A stretch of DNA of 64,000 nt from a virus: positions 18,654 to 82,653 of IMG/VR virus record IMGVR_UViG_3300022562_001757. The stretch is one strand, 5' to 3'. Position numbers and translations under genes: made by a program. Shown piece by piece: positions 38,002-47,529 of the stretch. How positions within the stretch are numbered: the stretch's first letter is position 1; every line of letters starts with the position of its first letter. The notes under the pieces were generated by a model. The model was given only the letters and a program-made list of their open reading frames with translations. It searched no databases and was not told the DNA's origin.

Positions 38002-38976
38002 TTAATTGGCGCTGATCAGCAACGACCATTCGCCAAGCTCGAATCTGGATTGCAGTGCGCGCTGTGGCACTACGGGGCAATAATAGTGTCCGCCATATTG
38101 TCGTGGCTGAAGTACCGGTGCTGCGTGGTGCAGTACATCATGATGCCACGGACTTTGGTTGCGCATCCAAGGCAGCAAGCCGTCGAACTTTTCCGTATCC
38201 ATCACGACGCGCTTGCCTTCCTGCACGCGCATGGCATCTCGATGCACACCTATCAGCACCATGTTCGGAATCATGACATAGTTGCCATAAATATTCCGGA
38301 ACATGTACTTCACGTCATGCTCTCGACACGCACTGGCGGCGGCGGAAGTAATCTTGCTGCCACTGAGCAGCACCGGAAATGTTAGCAGATCGGCGAAAGT
38401 GTCTGTTGCTAACAAGGCAGTCTTGGGGCGCTGCGCTTGTTGTAGCAGCAAGTCGCTAAAGTCGTCCTGGTCTTCTTCATCCGACGACGGTGCTTGCTCG
38501 TTCACGCGCCATCCACGAGAACCAATCTTGGACAAAAATGTACGCAGGTCATCGTTGACTTGTGTTGGGCGGCGCTTTCGCGACAAACCTGCCACTTGGC
38601 TTGACACCGCTTGATAGGCACGCAGCAGACGTCCAGCTACTACATGTATAGTTGTCACCAATGCCGTATGCGTTTCGCACACGATAGTGTTGATCAAACT
38701 ATGCAGCAAGCCTGCCGTATCTTCAGCTGCGCTAGAAATGGTCGCTGTGGTATCGATAGGAAGTAGCGGCGCGACGGCACGCAAATAGTGTTGCGCATCA
38801 CGTAGCTTTTGATCGAGGCTGGAAAGTGCCGCCGTCATGCTCAGCGTAATCCTGGTGCGTTGACTAGCCAGGCTGTGCAGGCGGTCGGCTTTTTGCCGCG
38901 CGGAATCAAGCGCCCGATGAAGGGCTCGGAGGGCTCGCTTTTGGAGTGTGGAGTATGTCATCTGGTCAGCTATCAT
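38002..38976 (-). CDS. hypothetical protein (start MIADQM)
   Basis: AAAGGAG RBS before ATG at 38976. Confidence 0.65.
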   Translation of the reverse strand: MIADQMTYSTLQKRALRALHRALDSARQKADRLHSLASQRTRITLSMTAALSSLDQKLRDAQHYLRAVAPLLPIDTTATISSAAEDTAGLLHSLINTIVCETHTALVTTIHVVAGRLLRAYQAVSSQVAGLSRKRRPTQVNDDLRTFLSKIGSRGWRVNEQAPSSDEEDQDDFSDLLLQQAQRPKTALLATDTFADLLTFPVLLSGSKITSAAASACREHDVKYMFRNIYGNYVMIPNMVLIGVHRDAMRVQEGKRVVMDTEKFDGLLPWMRNQSPWHHDVLHHAAPVLQPRQYGGHYYCPVVPQRALQSRFELGEWSLLISAN

Positions 38977-39016
38977 CTGCACTCCTTTCGTCGTTGCTAG
39001 TGGGCGAAAATCACCT

Positions 39017-39586
39017 CTATGCGGAAGTCGATGCAGCGCCAGCACCAGCAGAACCGCCGCTGGTACGTTGGCGAGAAACGTAAGTGAAGCTGAAGTTACG
39101 CATCACGCGTGCGTTGCCTTCCGCCGTAAAGTTCTCTTCATTGGCGTCGGTAAGCCAGCATCCTAGATAGGTCCAAATGCGATATTCGGACACGCCACGG
39201 AACCACCATTCACGGCAAGTGAAAGGATGGTTCTGCTCAACCAAGTGGGCAAACTGCTCGTCGCCAAGTCCGAGCTGTACTTCGATTTCGGCGTTCCAGA
39301 TTTCCGCTACCGTTGCGGTAACGGTAAATCCGGTGGCGCGGCCAGGTACGTAGTCTACCGGCAGGCCCCATGAGAGGTTGTTCAGCTCGTAGACCAGCTC
39401 ACCTTCACGGCTGTATGCGCCGCTCGGGTGCCATGTTTGAATGCGCCCTACAACGGCACCGTCGACCTCGATCGTAATGCCGTGGTAGGTCTTGGTCGTC
39501 GGCGCCCCATCCGGCGAATCGTAGACGAGTGGAGTCGTCAACACGCCGTACGGATTGTTCGCAAACAGTGCGTAATTGAGGGCCAT
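39017..39586 (-). CDS. tail tube protein
   Basis: ITIEVDG..VGRIQ..VYEL..DYVPG..YLGCW motifs; downstream of sheath. Confidence 0.8.
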   Translation of the reverse strand: MALNYALFANNPYGVLTTPLVYDSPDGAPTTKTYHGITIEVDGAVVGRIQTWHPSGAYSREGELVYELNNLSWGLPVDYVPGRATGFTVTATVAEIWNAEIEVQLGLGDEQFAHLVEQNHPFTCREWWFRGVSEYRIWTYLGCWLTDANEENFTAEGNARVMRNFSFTYVSRQRTSGGSAGAGAASTSA

Positions 39587-39595
39587 CTTGTTCTC

Positions 39596-39991
39596 CTACT
39601 TGGTGATGTTGTTACGGGAACGCGCCCGCATCAAAATCGCGGTTACTTGCTCAATATTTGGCATCTGGCGACGTGCACGCCGAAGGACGGTGTACCACTT
39701 TGACGGTGCATGCTCCGCCATCCGATTGGCCGTGCGCAATGCGACTTTCAAATCGCTATCGTGTGGCAAGTCAGGCGCTGCCAGCGCTGCTTCACATGCC
39801 AACTCCATGATGAGCCGGCCAATCGGATTGTCCTTCACGGTGGCACCAACGTAGTTATCCGCCAGGTCCCACATGTGCTCACGGACTTTTGGGGAAAGCT
39901 TCCACGCGCCAACGTGATCGCCTTCGATCGCCATGGCCCGCTGCGCGTTCCTAAGAGCCCGAACGTCCTGTGCTGTTTTCAAGATGCTCAT
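39596..39991 (-). CDS. hypothetical virion morphogenesis protein
   Basis: ORF tiling in tail operon. Confidence 0.6.
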   Translation of the reverse strand: MSILKTAQDVRALRNAQRAMAIEGDHVGAWKLSPKVREHMWDLADNYVGATVKDNPIGRLIMELACEAALAAPDLPHDSDLKVALRTANRMAEHAPSKWYTVLRRARRQMPNIEQVTAILMRARSRNNITK

Positions 39992-40422
39992 TGAATGTTC
40001 TTGATCACCGACTGGCTTGCCGGCAGCTGGACTTGCGTCTCTGTTGATCCGAACAACATGCAGCGCACGATTTCGGTTTTCGTGGCCGACAGGTTTTCAA
40101 TCGTTACCACGTGCCGTGTGGTGAACTGCGTATCGTCATCGATCTGCGGAGTGAACGCAAAATCGCGAATGGCTTGCGGAGGTACGTCTTCAGCCACTAC
40201 GTTAATGGTGAACGTGCCGCTGTTGAGCGGATCATCACCAAATCCCAAGTCCAATATGTGGTCAATGGTCAATCGCATGGTAGACGTCGCGGTAGAGTTG
40301 TAGAACCGCAGCATCGGGTTCAGGATGAACTTTACCGTGTTGATTTCGTCCTCCACCGTAAAACTCGCGGAGGTCAACGGCAGCAGCTGGAACGGAAAGT
40401 GGAATTTTACGGCATACAGCAT
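39988..40422 (-). CDS. hypothetical virion protein
   Basis: ORF tiling in tail operon. Confidence 0.6.
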   Translation of the reverse strand: MLYAVKFHFPFQLLPLTSASFTVEDEINTVKFILNPMLRFYNSTATSTMRLTIDHILDLGFGDDPLNSGTFTINVVAEDVPPQAIRDFAFTPQIDDDTQFTTRHVVTIENLSATKTEIVRCMLFGSTETQVQLPASQSVIKNIQ

Positions 40423-40431
40423 CGCGGTGTC

Positions 40432-40833
40432 CTAGAGCAACTCGAAGCCATGGCCGCCGGTAAAATCGGTAAGTGGACGGCCGGCCAACGATGGATTTTG
40501 TAGCTGGTTTGGATCATTCAAGAGATTGCTAGCAATAATGGGTGCTCTATCGGTTGCTGTGCGCCCATCTAACAACACAACGTCCAAGCGAATTTGCATG
40601 TGCCGTTGAATGGGTGGATGCAGAAAGAAAATGAAAAACTTGTTCCACTTCTGGTTGTACGCTCGGTTGTCAAAGGACACTACCTGCATGTCGTAACGGT
40701 CATGCATTAGCGTCACGTTGGCGGATTTAATCAGCCGGTGTAGCGATGACGTACCATCGTCCTCCAGCAGATGGACAGCCGCCTCTACGTGGTCCTTCGT
40801 GCCATCATAGATGGCTTGTACCGACGCGATCAT
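40432..40833 (-). CDS. hypothetical virion protein
   Basis: TAATG overlap with sheath stop. Confidence 0.6.
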   Translation of the reverse strand: MIASVQAIYDGTKDHVEAAVHLLEDDGTSSLHRLIKSANVTLMHDRYDMQVVSFDNRAYNQKWNKFFIFFLHPPIQRHMQIRLDVVLLDGRTATDRAPIIASNLLNDPNQLQNPSLAGRPLTDFTGGHGFELL

Positions 40834-43800
40834 TAGGCGCTCAGGCTACGGCTGTCCCAGAACCGCCCATCAACAGAGAAGAGGCCGAAGAGGCGCTTCA
40901 CGGGATAGCGGATGTTGAAGAAATATCCGAAGTGGTACAGGCGTCGGTCCGCCTGGTCGACAAACACGTAAGTGTCCTTACCAGGGTTGATGGTGCGCGA
41001 TGTCGGCGGATTTTCTTCCGATCCGAACGGCGCAATGAGGCCAGCCGACACAAGGCTCGCCAACGTCTCTGCCAGGAAGCCCTGGATGGAAACCACCGCG
41101 GCACTCGGGCTCGGCGGCACCAGAGCGATGAGATTATCGTTGAGGCGCGTCCGCACGAATTTCGTGACGAACTGCTTCTGTGTCATCGCCGAGATTTCGT
41201 TGAGGTCCGGTGCCGATGTGTCTACCGTGACGCTTTCCTGGAAGCGATACAGGCCACCACCCACATCCGATAGGTACGTGATGCTCGCACCACCGAGCAT
41301 CAGCTCTTCCTTTTCGTTGTAGACCGCCAGCGTGTCGAACGATGCCGTGTCCTTGTGCAGCAGCGTCTCCGCCGGATCCTGGAAGGATGCCGTGCGCGCC
41401 GCTGCATAGGCCGCGATAAACGAACCGTCCAGCGTCACGACTGTCGACGTTCCATCATCGAGTACGATGGTGCGCGTAGCCTCGGTGTTGCCGATCAGGA
41501 TGACATTGCCGCGCCCCGGATTGTTACCGGAGAACTGCAAGGTGTTGCGTGCCAGATAGATGAGCGTGTCTGGCGTTTCCGCATCGCCAATTGCTGTACC
41601 GATGGGAGCACCAACCCACAAGAGGCGCTCCTTAGCCTCGAAGGGGTTGTTCATAGCCTCGATGCTGAGCTTAGAAATTCCCAGCGCCGCGAAGTAGCTC
41701 AGCACCACCAAGTCGGTGATGCGGCTCTTTTTCTCGGTGGCCTCGATGGCTGCACGGTAGTCAGGCAGCGTGAACACGCCATCGCCGGAAGCATCTTTCA
41801 CCTGGATGAAAAATGCGCCGAAAAATTCGGTGTCGAAGGCGATGTCCCCTGCGATGTAGAGGTGGTTATCCGGCGCTACAGGAGACAACCCGTCGGTCAT
41901 CTCCTCGCGGGTCAGGTACAGTACGGGAACGTTGTACTCGGAAGCACCGCGGAGACGGTGTGCCGAAATGAAGTAGATGTTCCCCGGGTCTGGCTCGGCA
42001 CCACGGTGCTCATAGAACACCTCAATGTCGACACCTGGATCGGTGATGAACATCAGGTACGGCGTGTTATCTCCACCAGACTGCACCACGCTGTACGCTA
42101 CCGGATTTCCTGTCGCCACTTCCCGTACACGAATGACGGTGTCTGGCGTAGAATTCAGAATAGCGTAGTACGCTAGCGGAACACCGGTGATGTTGCCAAA
42201 CTGGTCGAGCCGAATATTCTCGGCTGCAATAGTTTCCGTAACGCGTGTGCGCAGCGTCCAGTCAATCTGGTCCGTGTTGAGCGTGGTGAAGCTCCACGTG
42301 TCGTTGACTGCGTGCCGGTTGGTGCTGGTATCCTCGTAGTTCCGGACCGAGAGCTGGATTTGATCCTGGAAGTTAAGGTACGGGCTGGCCGGAGTCGCCG
42401 ACACATTTCCCCAGCCGCCTTCCAGCGTACCCGACTGGTACTGGAAGGTGATGATCGACCCAGGAACGAGCGTCGTGGTCGTCAGCAGATAGCTGCGGTC
42501 ATCCTTGGCCGTGTAGTCGCGCCGTGCGGCCAGAGCGGTCATGGTCCAGTTGTCGCCAACCGTGAAGTTGACTGCCTGGCGGTGCCGATTGTACTTGGCC
42601 TTGAAGTCGTTCAAGAACGCGATAGCGCCAGCCAAGCTTGTGGTGGTGATCGACGTATCCAGCCCGAACAAGGAGTCTGCTGTCGCGTGCAGCGTAGTGT
42701 CGGCAATGTGTGCCGTATACTGGGTACGCAGGTCTGCAATGAGCACCAACAGCGCCGCTAGCTGCACATCAGGATTGGAAAGCGGGTTCGGATCGGCAGC
42801 CGTTACCTGATGCGTACCGCCGGCAATAAGGTGCCATGCCGGTCCGGCATCCGTGTCGTGCGCGTTGTAGTCCAGCTTGGCCTCGATGGCTAGCGTGACC
42901 GCCGTAGACAGGCTAGTAGCGTCGGCCGCTGCGATAATGTTGACCGCGTCCGCTGCCTCATGCGTAACGCCAAAGTCAAAGTCGAGGAAAATCCCCGATT
43001 CCAGCGCCACGTCGGTGTAGCTGGTCGACACCGCTTCATCGATGGTGAACGTGAACTCGGTGTATGGCAGCTCGTTGTAGCCTGTAGCCACGATGGTTGC
43101 CGTACGGTCTTTTGCTCCAGGCGCCGACGGCGGGGTAACAGCCGTCACCTCGAAGTAGTAATCGCGGTCCCAAGACCCCGTGTAATCCGTGTCTTGGTTG
43201 ACCGAAATTGTACCGGAACTGGTTGGCGTAGTGGCCGTTTCAGCAGGCTCGGAAACCGTGCTAAATTGGTTGTCGTTGTCCATCGCCGAACTGATTTCGA
43301 TCATGGCTGGCGCAAGACCATCCCACTCGAAAATGTCGCCGATGTCGAATCCAGTACCGACGGTAAGGTCTAGGCGAATACCATCCGTAAATGGATAATT
43401 TCCATCGAGCGCATAGGCGACACTGGCATCGGAAATGGCGCCTGTCGAGGGCGTCGTCAGCGAAGAGTGCGCCGGTACCGGAAGCACCTGGTCATTACCA
43501 CCGCTCAGCGGCGTGACCTCTACGTCAAATGTGACCGTGCCAGCGCCTGTGCCGGTGACGGTCAATTTGTAATGCATGTTGTAGGGGAAAGTGTATGCAG
43601 AAGCGGCGTTGAACGTAATCGTTCCGGTGCCTACACCTGCGGGAGTCTCGACGATGGCCGAAGTAGCGCCTGTGGTGTTGGTGTTATTGGTACCAGGCGT
43701 TAGCGCGTCGTCATCAACGCCAAGGTTGCCAAGCACCTGCGTCACGATGCGGTAGTCCACGAATTCGATGTACTTGTTCTGGCCTTCCGTGTCACCAACT

Positions 43801-44267
43801 CGCACCATGTTGCGCAAGTCGTTGAACTTCAGATCATCCAGCACATCGCGATCAGTCGACTGATAGTCGATTTCGTACGTGGTGGTGCCATCGAACTTGG
43901 TGATCGAAATTTCGATTTGGTCGAAATCTCCACTTCCAGAAACGCTCTCTCGGAAAGTCCAGTCCTGGCTCGGTACCGGTTCGCCGTTGCTCTTGTAGAG
44001 CCGCGCTCGATCCTTGCTGTTCAGCGCATTGTGGTCGAGCTGCGCCAAATATGGAGGCGTGGGCGGAAATGTCAAAGCCTCCGCTTCAATAAACGATCGT
44101 AGATGCCCGAGGTCTTTCACCAACGCGAGCCGGTGGCCTCGCCCAACATAGGCAGGCAGGCGTGGTTCACCCGTTGGCGCGGTGGGGCGCGGGATCCGAA
44201 CGTATCCGATGTAGGTGCCCGGCCGCACATAACGGGACGCGGTCAACCTGTAGTCTGCAATCGCCAT
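40833..44267 (-). CDS. contractile tail sheath protein (1144 aa)
   Basis: YVRPGTYI N-terminal motif; C-terminal LNEIS..YPVKRL sheath signature. Confidence 0.88.
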   Translation of the reverse strand: MAIADYRLTASRYVRPGTYIGYVRIPRPTAPTGEPRLPAYVGRGHRLALVKDLGHLRSFIEAEALTFPPTPPYLAQLDHNALNSKDRARLYKSNGEPVPSQDWTFRESVSGSGDFDQIEISITKFDGTTTYEIDYQSTDRDVLDDLKFNDLRNMVRVGDTEGQNKYIEFVDYRIVTQVLGNLGVDDDALTPGTNNTNTTGATSAIVETPAGVGTGTITFNAASAYTFPYNMHYKLTVTGTGAGTVTFDVEVTPLSGGNDQVLPVPAHSSLTTPSTGAISDASVAYALDGNYPFTDGIRLDLTVGTGFDIGDIFEWDGLAPAMIEISSAMDNDNQFSTVSEPAETATTPTSSGTISVNQDTDYTGSWDRDYYFEVTAVTPPSAPGAKDRTATIVATGYNELPYTEFTFTIDEAVSTSYTDVALESGIFLDFDFGVTHEAADAVNIIAAADATSLSTAVTLAIEAKLDYNAHDTDAGPAWHLIAGGTHQVTAADPNPLSNPDVQLAALLVLIADLRTQYTAHIADTTLHATADSLFGLDTSITTTSLAGAIAFLNDFKAKYNRHRQAVNFTVGDNWTMTALAARRDYTAKDDRSYLLTTTTLVPGSIITFQYQSGTLEGGWGNVSATPASPYLNFQDQIQLSVRNYEDTSTNRHAVNDTWSFTTLNTDQIDWTLRTRVTETIAAENIRLDQFGNITGVPLAYYAILNSTPDTVIRVREVATGNPVAYSVVQSGGDNTPYLMFITDPGVDIEVFYEHRGAEPDPGNIYFISAHRLRGASEYNVPVLYLTREEMTDGLSPVAPDNHLYIAGDIAFDTEFFGAFFIQVKDASGDGVFTLPDYRAAIEATEKKSRITDLVVLSYFAALGISKLSIEAMNNPFEAKERLLWVGAPIGTAIGDAETPDTLIYLARNTLQFSGNNPGRGNVILIGNTEATRTIVLDDGTSTVVTLDGSFIAAYAAARTASFQDPAETLLHKDTASFDTLAVYNEKEELMLGGASITYLSDVGGGLYRFQESVTVDTSAPDLNEISAMTQKQFVTKFVRTRLNDNLIALVPPSPSAAVVSIQGFLAETLASLVSAGLIAPFGSEENPPTSRTINPGKDTYVFVDQADRRLYHFGYFFNIRYPVKRLFGLFSVDGRFWDSRSLSA

Positions 44268-44375
44268 TCCAGTGTCTCCTTAGATATGCGCGATTTCCAC
44301 CCTTATGCGGATCGCGACGTGCCGACGATGAAGCCGGTGTTTCGCCTTAGAGAAGGTAACTTCCTTTATCGGTGT

Positions 44376-45386
44376 TCACCGCGCGATGATTTCGACTTGT
44401 TTGGTGCCTACAATGCTGGCTTTTCGCTCGTTAAACCCAGGCTTAGCGATGATGATGTTGAAGGTCCCAACCCGTCGCGGAACGATCGTGAATTGGCTGT
44501 TTGTCTGCTCGATAATGGCGATTCGTCGGTCGTCAGAGTAGATGCGGAATGGGAATGTTAAGTCGCGAAGCGGTATCGGATGCCGCCGTCGTATAGAGAT
44601 TTTGTCCGGCACTTGGATCTTCAGCGCACCAGAGGTTTGGATGTACTGTGGATCTGCGCGATAGTGCATGTACGTTGAGTTCTCGAAGTCCACCGTCATG
44701 GAACAGGTGGCCTCCCAGAACTGGTCGTTAGAGTCCTCGTGCAGCGAAGAATGGGATTTCGCTCCCATCTGGTGGTCTAGCGGGATGCGCACTTCCCAAT
44801 AGGCTGAAGCATTTTCCACTACCTGCGGTTGTGCAGGTCGCAGCACATTGCCGCAAGTGAATCGCTGGAAGCTGTTGGAGAACGCCGCCGTTACCAGCGC
44901 CATCAGGTCTTCACATACCTGCTCATCGGTGGCGACAAGGGAAAATTCGATGGGAACTTCGATGACGTCGGTGACACGGATGACGTGTTGACCGAGAGCA
45001 TTTTTCGTGCGGAACCCGGCCGAAAATCCACCAAGGCTGCTCGGTACGTAGCGATAGCCACCATCTTGGATGAAGATGTGCGGCGGCTGCTCTCGTGTGC
45101 TACGGAAGAAACTCGCGATTTGCAGGTGCCGTTTAGTCGGGTCACCGTCCAGATTTTCGTTGATGGTAAACCCTTGCGTAAACGTTGCGAAATTGTCGAA
45201 GAACTTCCGGAATTGTCCCTGTGGGTGCACGCACGCTTCGAGGTACTTCTGAAGTGTGAATTTTGTGATCTTCAGATACTGGGTGATGTCCTTCGTCATC
45301 AATCCGTCGATAGCGCTCTGGGTGAGCGTATCGGGAGTGATGTAGTGCGGAGCGGGACGCGATTGATTAAACGATGATACGGTCAT
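44376..45386 (-). CDS. tail completion/terminator-like protein
   Basis: Upstream of sheath; PHIFIQ..IEFSLVA..CEDL pattern. Confidence 0.6.
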   Translation of the reverse strand: MTVSSFNQSRPAPHYITPDTLTQSAIDGLMTKDITQYLKITKFTLQKYLEACVHPQGQFRKFFDNFATFTQGFTINENLDGDPTKRHLQIASFFRSTREQPPHIFIQDGGYRYVPSSLGGFSAGFRTKNALGQHVIRVTDVIEVPIEFSLVATDEQVCEDLMALVTAAFSNSFQRFTCGNVLRPAQPQVVENASAYWEVRIPLDHQMGAKSHSSLHEDSNDQFWEATCSMTVDFENSTYMHYRADPQYIQTSGALKIQVPDKISIRRRHPIPLRDLTFPFRIYSDDRRIAIIEQTNSQFTIVPRRVGTFNIIIAKPGFNERKASIVGTKQVEIIAR

Positions 45387-46087
45387 TTGCTCGGCGCGCG
45401 GTATTGTCCGCAGTCTTTGAGCGTTTGCAGCACTGCGGCGTTGTACTCGTCCTTCAAGTAGACGTCTGACATCACCAGGTCACGGGACGCGCGCAACTTT
45501 TTCATCATACTGGTGCGACCAAAGGGCCACATCCAGCTGTAAAACCAGCCCACGAATTGATCGGCGATGCGGTCAAGGTTGGCATCGGACGGCTTGGCGC
45601 CAGTAGTCCAATATTGGATGGCGATGGACAACGTGTACGCCTCGAACTCCCATCGGTAGCGAAAGTAGGCAAACGGGATGGGGCTGGCCAGCAGGATGAT
45701 GCTGAGAGGCAGCAGACCGGCCCACCAGTTCACTTTCAGCCACAAGGGTAGGGACACCACCGCCGCCAGAAAAGCGCCCACAATGAACCACAGGAAGTGT
45801 CCACAGAGGTACAGCAGGACGAAGAGGAACTCGGAGAACTTGGCCTGGATGGCGTGGCGACCTTCGTGAGGAATGGTTCGCCATCCAGCCGCAGGGTAGC
45901 GGTCGTTGCCCACTGGATACGCTACGGTGGAGCCCACCGTCGTCCAGTATTGGGTCATGTAGAGCTTGTTGAAAAAGCCGATTAGGCGATGCAACCAGCT
46001 CTCTTGCTTGCTGATGACCTTGAACTTGGGGGCGAAACGCTGCGCTGTCTTGACGAGGGCGTCGAAGGTGTCTTGGTCGTTTGGCAC
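45383..46087 (-). CDS. membrane protein with HExxH zincin-like motif
   Basis: HEGRHAIQ ... two TM segments ... RWEFEAY. Confidence 0.65.
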   Translation of the reverse strand: MPNDQDTFDALVKTAQRFAPKFKVISKQESWLHRLIGFFNKLYMTQYWTTVGSTVAYPVGNDRYPAAGWRTIPHEGRHAIQAKFSEFLFVLLYLCGHFLWFIVGAFLAAVVSLPLWLKVNWWAGLLPLSIILLASPIPFAYFRYRWEFEAYTLSIAIQYWTTGAKPSDANLDRIADQFVGWFYSWMWPFGRTSMMKKLRASRDLVMSDVYLKDEYNAAVLQTLKDCGQYRAPSK

Positions 46088-46259
46088 GATAATCTCCTGA
46101 CTGGCGCGGGTGCGTCACTCAGAAGATAACGTGCAGGGGACTTATCGGGATTTGGGAAACGTAGAGCGTAGTCTGGTGTTCAGCTGCTCTTGCTCTGCAT
46201 CAGACATGGCGAACCAAAGAAGGTCGAGTTGGTCACGCACGCTATAGGCACGGTGTAGG

Positions 46260-46538
46260 CTACGGGCGGTTGTCCCGCGCAAGCGACAGGCCAACCTTGG
46301 CCAGATGGCGACGGATCTCGTTTACATACGCGTTAATGGACGCCTGCTTAACGAAGAAATCGCTCAACGGAAAGAGGTTCTTCCCCTCGACGTCCACTCC
46401 CAGCTCCCCCGCCGTCAGGATGAAGGCGCCATGGCAGCCACAGTCCATGACAACCGAATTGTCGACGCGCCGGACCGACTGAAACCCACGCGCCCGCCGA
46501 ACTGCCTTATAGATGGTGTTGATGGTCATTTCCTGCAT
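46260..46538 (-). CDS. hypothetical protein (92 aa)
   Basis: Follows promoter, GAAGAGG RBS. Confidence 0.65.
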   Translation of the reverse strand: MQEMTINTIYKAVRRARGFQSVRRVDNSVVMDCGCHGAFILTAGELGVDVEGKNLFPLSDFFVKQASINAYVNEIRRHLAKVGLSLARDNRP

Positions 46539-46556
46539 CGCTAGCCTCCTTCGATA

Positions 46557-46585
46557 AAGATAGCTTAGCGGTATTACGTTGTCAA
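46557..46585 (-). promoter_or_regulatory. sigma70-like promoter with CGTAATAC spacer motif
   Basis: TTGACA-ACGTAATACCGCTAAGC-TATCTT. Confidence 0.75.
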
Positions 46586-46774
46586 TATTTATTCTGCACT
46601 GTACCTGAGACTTTCTTCACTGCTCTCTTGTCCCTCTTCTGGTAGCAGATGTACCCCGAATGGCGGAATTTGGGGTACAGCACGCGCACATTGTACCCTG
46701 CTGTACCCCACCAAGCTAAAAATATCCATAGTTTTATCGTTTATCAACTAGCACCGATGGATGGAAAGGCGTAC

Positions 46775-47050
46775 ATGAAATTCATGCAACCACCACAAGG
46801 AGCCCAACCGATGCAACATCAGCCCCAATTGCTACGTCTCCGTGAAGTCGCTACCATCCTCGGAGTATCGCGCACTACTGCCTATCGGCTTGTGCAACGC
46901 GGTGTGCTGAAAGGCGTGTGGCCAAGCCCAGGAGCCCTTCGAGTGTGGAAAAAGGAGCTAGACGCGTATGTCAAGTCATTGGATGGCGAAGTGGCTATTG
47001 ATGCAACCTACGGCGTCACGACCCAGCCTGCTAGTGTCAATCAGCCGTAA
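46775..47050 (+). CDS. excisionase-type (HTH_17) DNA-binding protein
   Basis: LLRLREVATILGVSRTTAYRLVQRG..LRV..ELDAY; start 46775 or 46811. Confidence 0.85.
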   Translation: MKFMQPPQGAQPMQHQPQLLRLREVATILGVSRTTAYRLVQRGVLKGVWPSPGALRVWKKELDAYVKSLDGEVAIDATYGVTTQPASVNQP

Positions 47051-47051
47051 A

Positions 47052-47122
47052 AGGCCGCTACGGGTGTCGAACCCGTCTATCTTCGGGGCCTTACTCCGAA
47101 GACCCGCCCACGCGGAGCAGCC
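47052..47122 (-). ncRNA. tRNA-like RNA A (degenerate D arm, extended anticodon arm, GUAAGG loop)
   Basis: Acceptor GGCTGCT/AGCGGCC, T arm ACGGG-TTCGACA-CCCGT, stem TCTTCGG/CCGAAGA. Confidence 0.7.
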
Positions 47123-47166
47123 ATAGTGACCCCAAGGTATCATACCCTCAACCCTGGGATCGGGTT

Positions 47167-47324
47167 GGTAGTCATTCGGCACGCCAACACAATTCAGAGA
47201 CCGCTTTAATCCTTACTGGCGACGTCCTTCTATTAGACCACAGGACCATGTTGGAGGTCCCGACCGGATTCGCACCGGTATCTTCGCCCACTAGTCGGCC
47301 CCGGTAGATTTGGCGATAACTACC
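47167..47324 (-). ncRNA. permuted tRNA-mimic RNA 1 (Y RNA/YrlA-like)
   Basis: Order T arm (ACCGG-TGCGAAT-CCGGT), acceptor closed by loop (CGGGACC-TCCAACAT-GGTCCTG), D arm; closed by GGTAGTTAT/ATGACTACC, CGCCAA/TTGGCG, GGCGA/TCGCC stems. Confidence 0.8.
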
Positions 47325-47503
47325 GCATGCTGAAATTTGCAGGATAGCTTGCTGTTGATACCGGCAAGAGATTTCCCAACAAGCGCGCATATGCTCGCTC
47401 GCGTCTACCATTCCGCCACCAGCGCGCAGTACGCTGGGCTGGACTCGAACCAGCACGTTGGAAAGTTGCCGTGATCTGAGCTTGACCTTCAAATTCAGCT
47501 TGC
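47325..47503 (-). ncRNA. permuted tRNA-mimic RNA 2 (Y RNA/YrlA-like)
   Basis: T arm GCTGG-TTCGAGT-CCAGC, acceptor CCAGCGT-ACTGC-GCGCTGG, Leu-type D arm TGGCGGAATGGTAGACGC; closing stems GCTGAATTTG/CAAATTTCAGC, CGGCAA/TTGCCG, TTTCCAAC/GTTGGGAAA. Confidence 0.8.
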
Positions 47504-47529
47504 CTGCACTGTTGGCCTATCGGCCTTCT

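Noticed and set aside
44345-46150. Possible late promoter motif CCGATAA...GTTAYCTTCT upstream of the sheath and the 46087 gene
   Set aside because: Only two instances with different spacing (5 vs 11 nt); insufficient support.
47172-47492. 106-aa ORF over the permuted RNAs
   Set aside because: No RBS or recognisable motif; the region is fully explained by RNA structure.
47167-47503. Two-piece (permuted) tmRNA or spliced permuted tRNA genes
   Set aside because: No tag reading frame or G3-U70 Ala acceptor and no reconstitutable anticodon loop. The closing long stems fit Y RNA-like architecture better.
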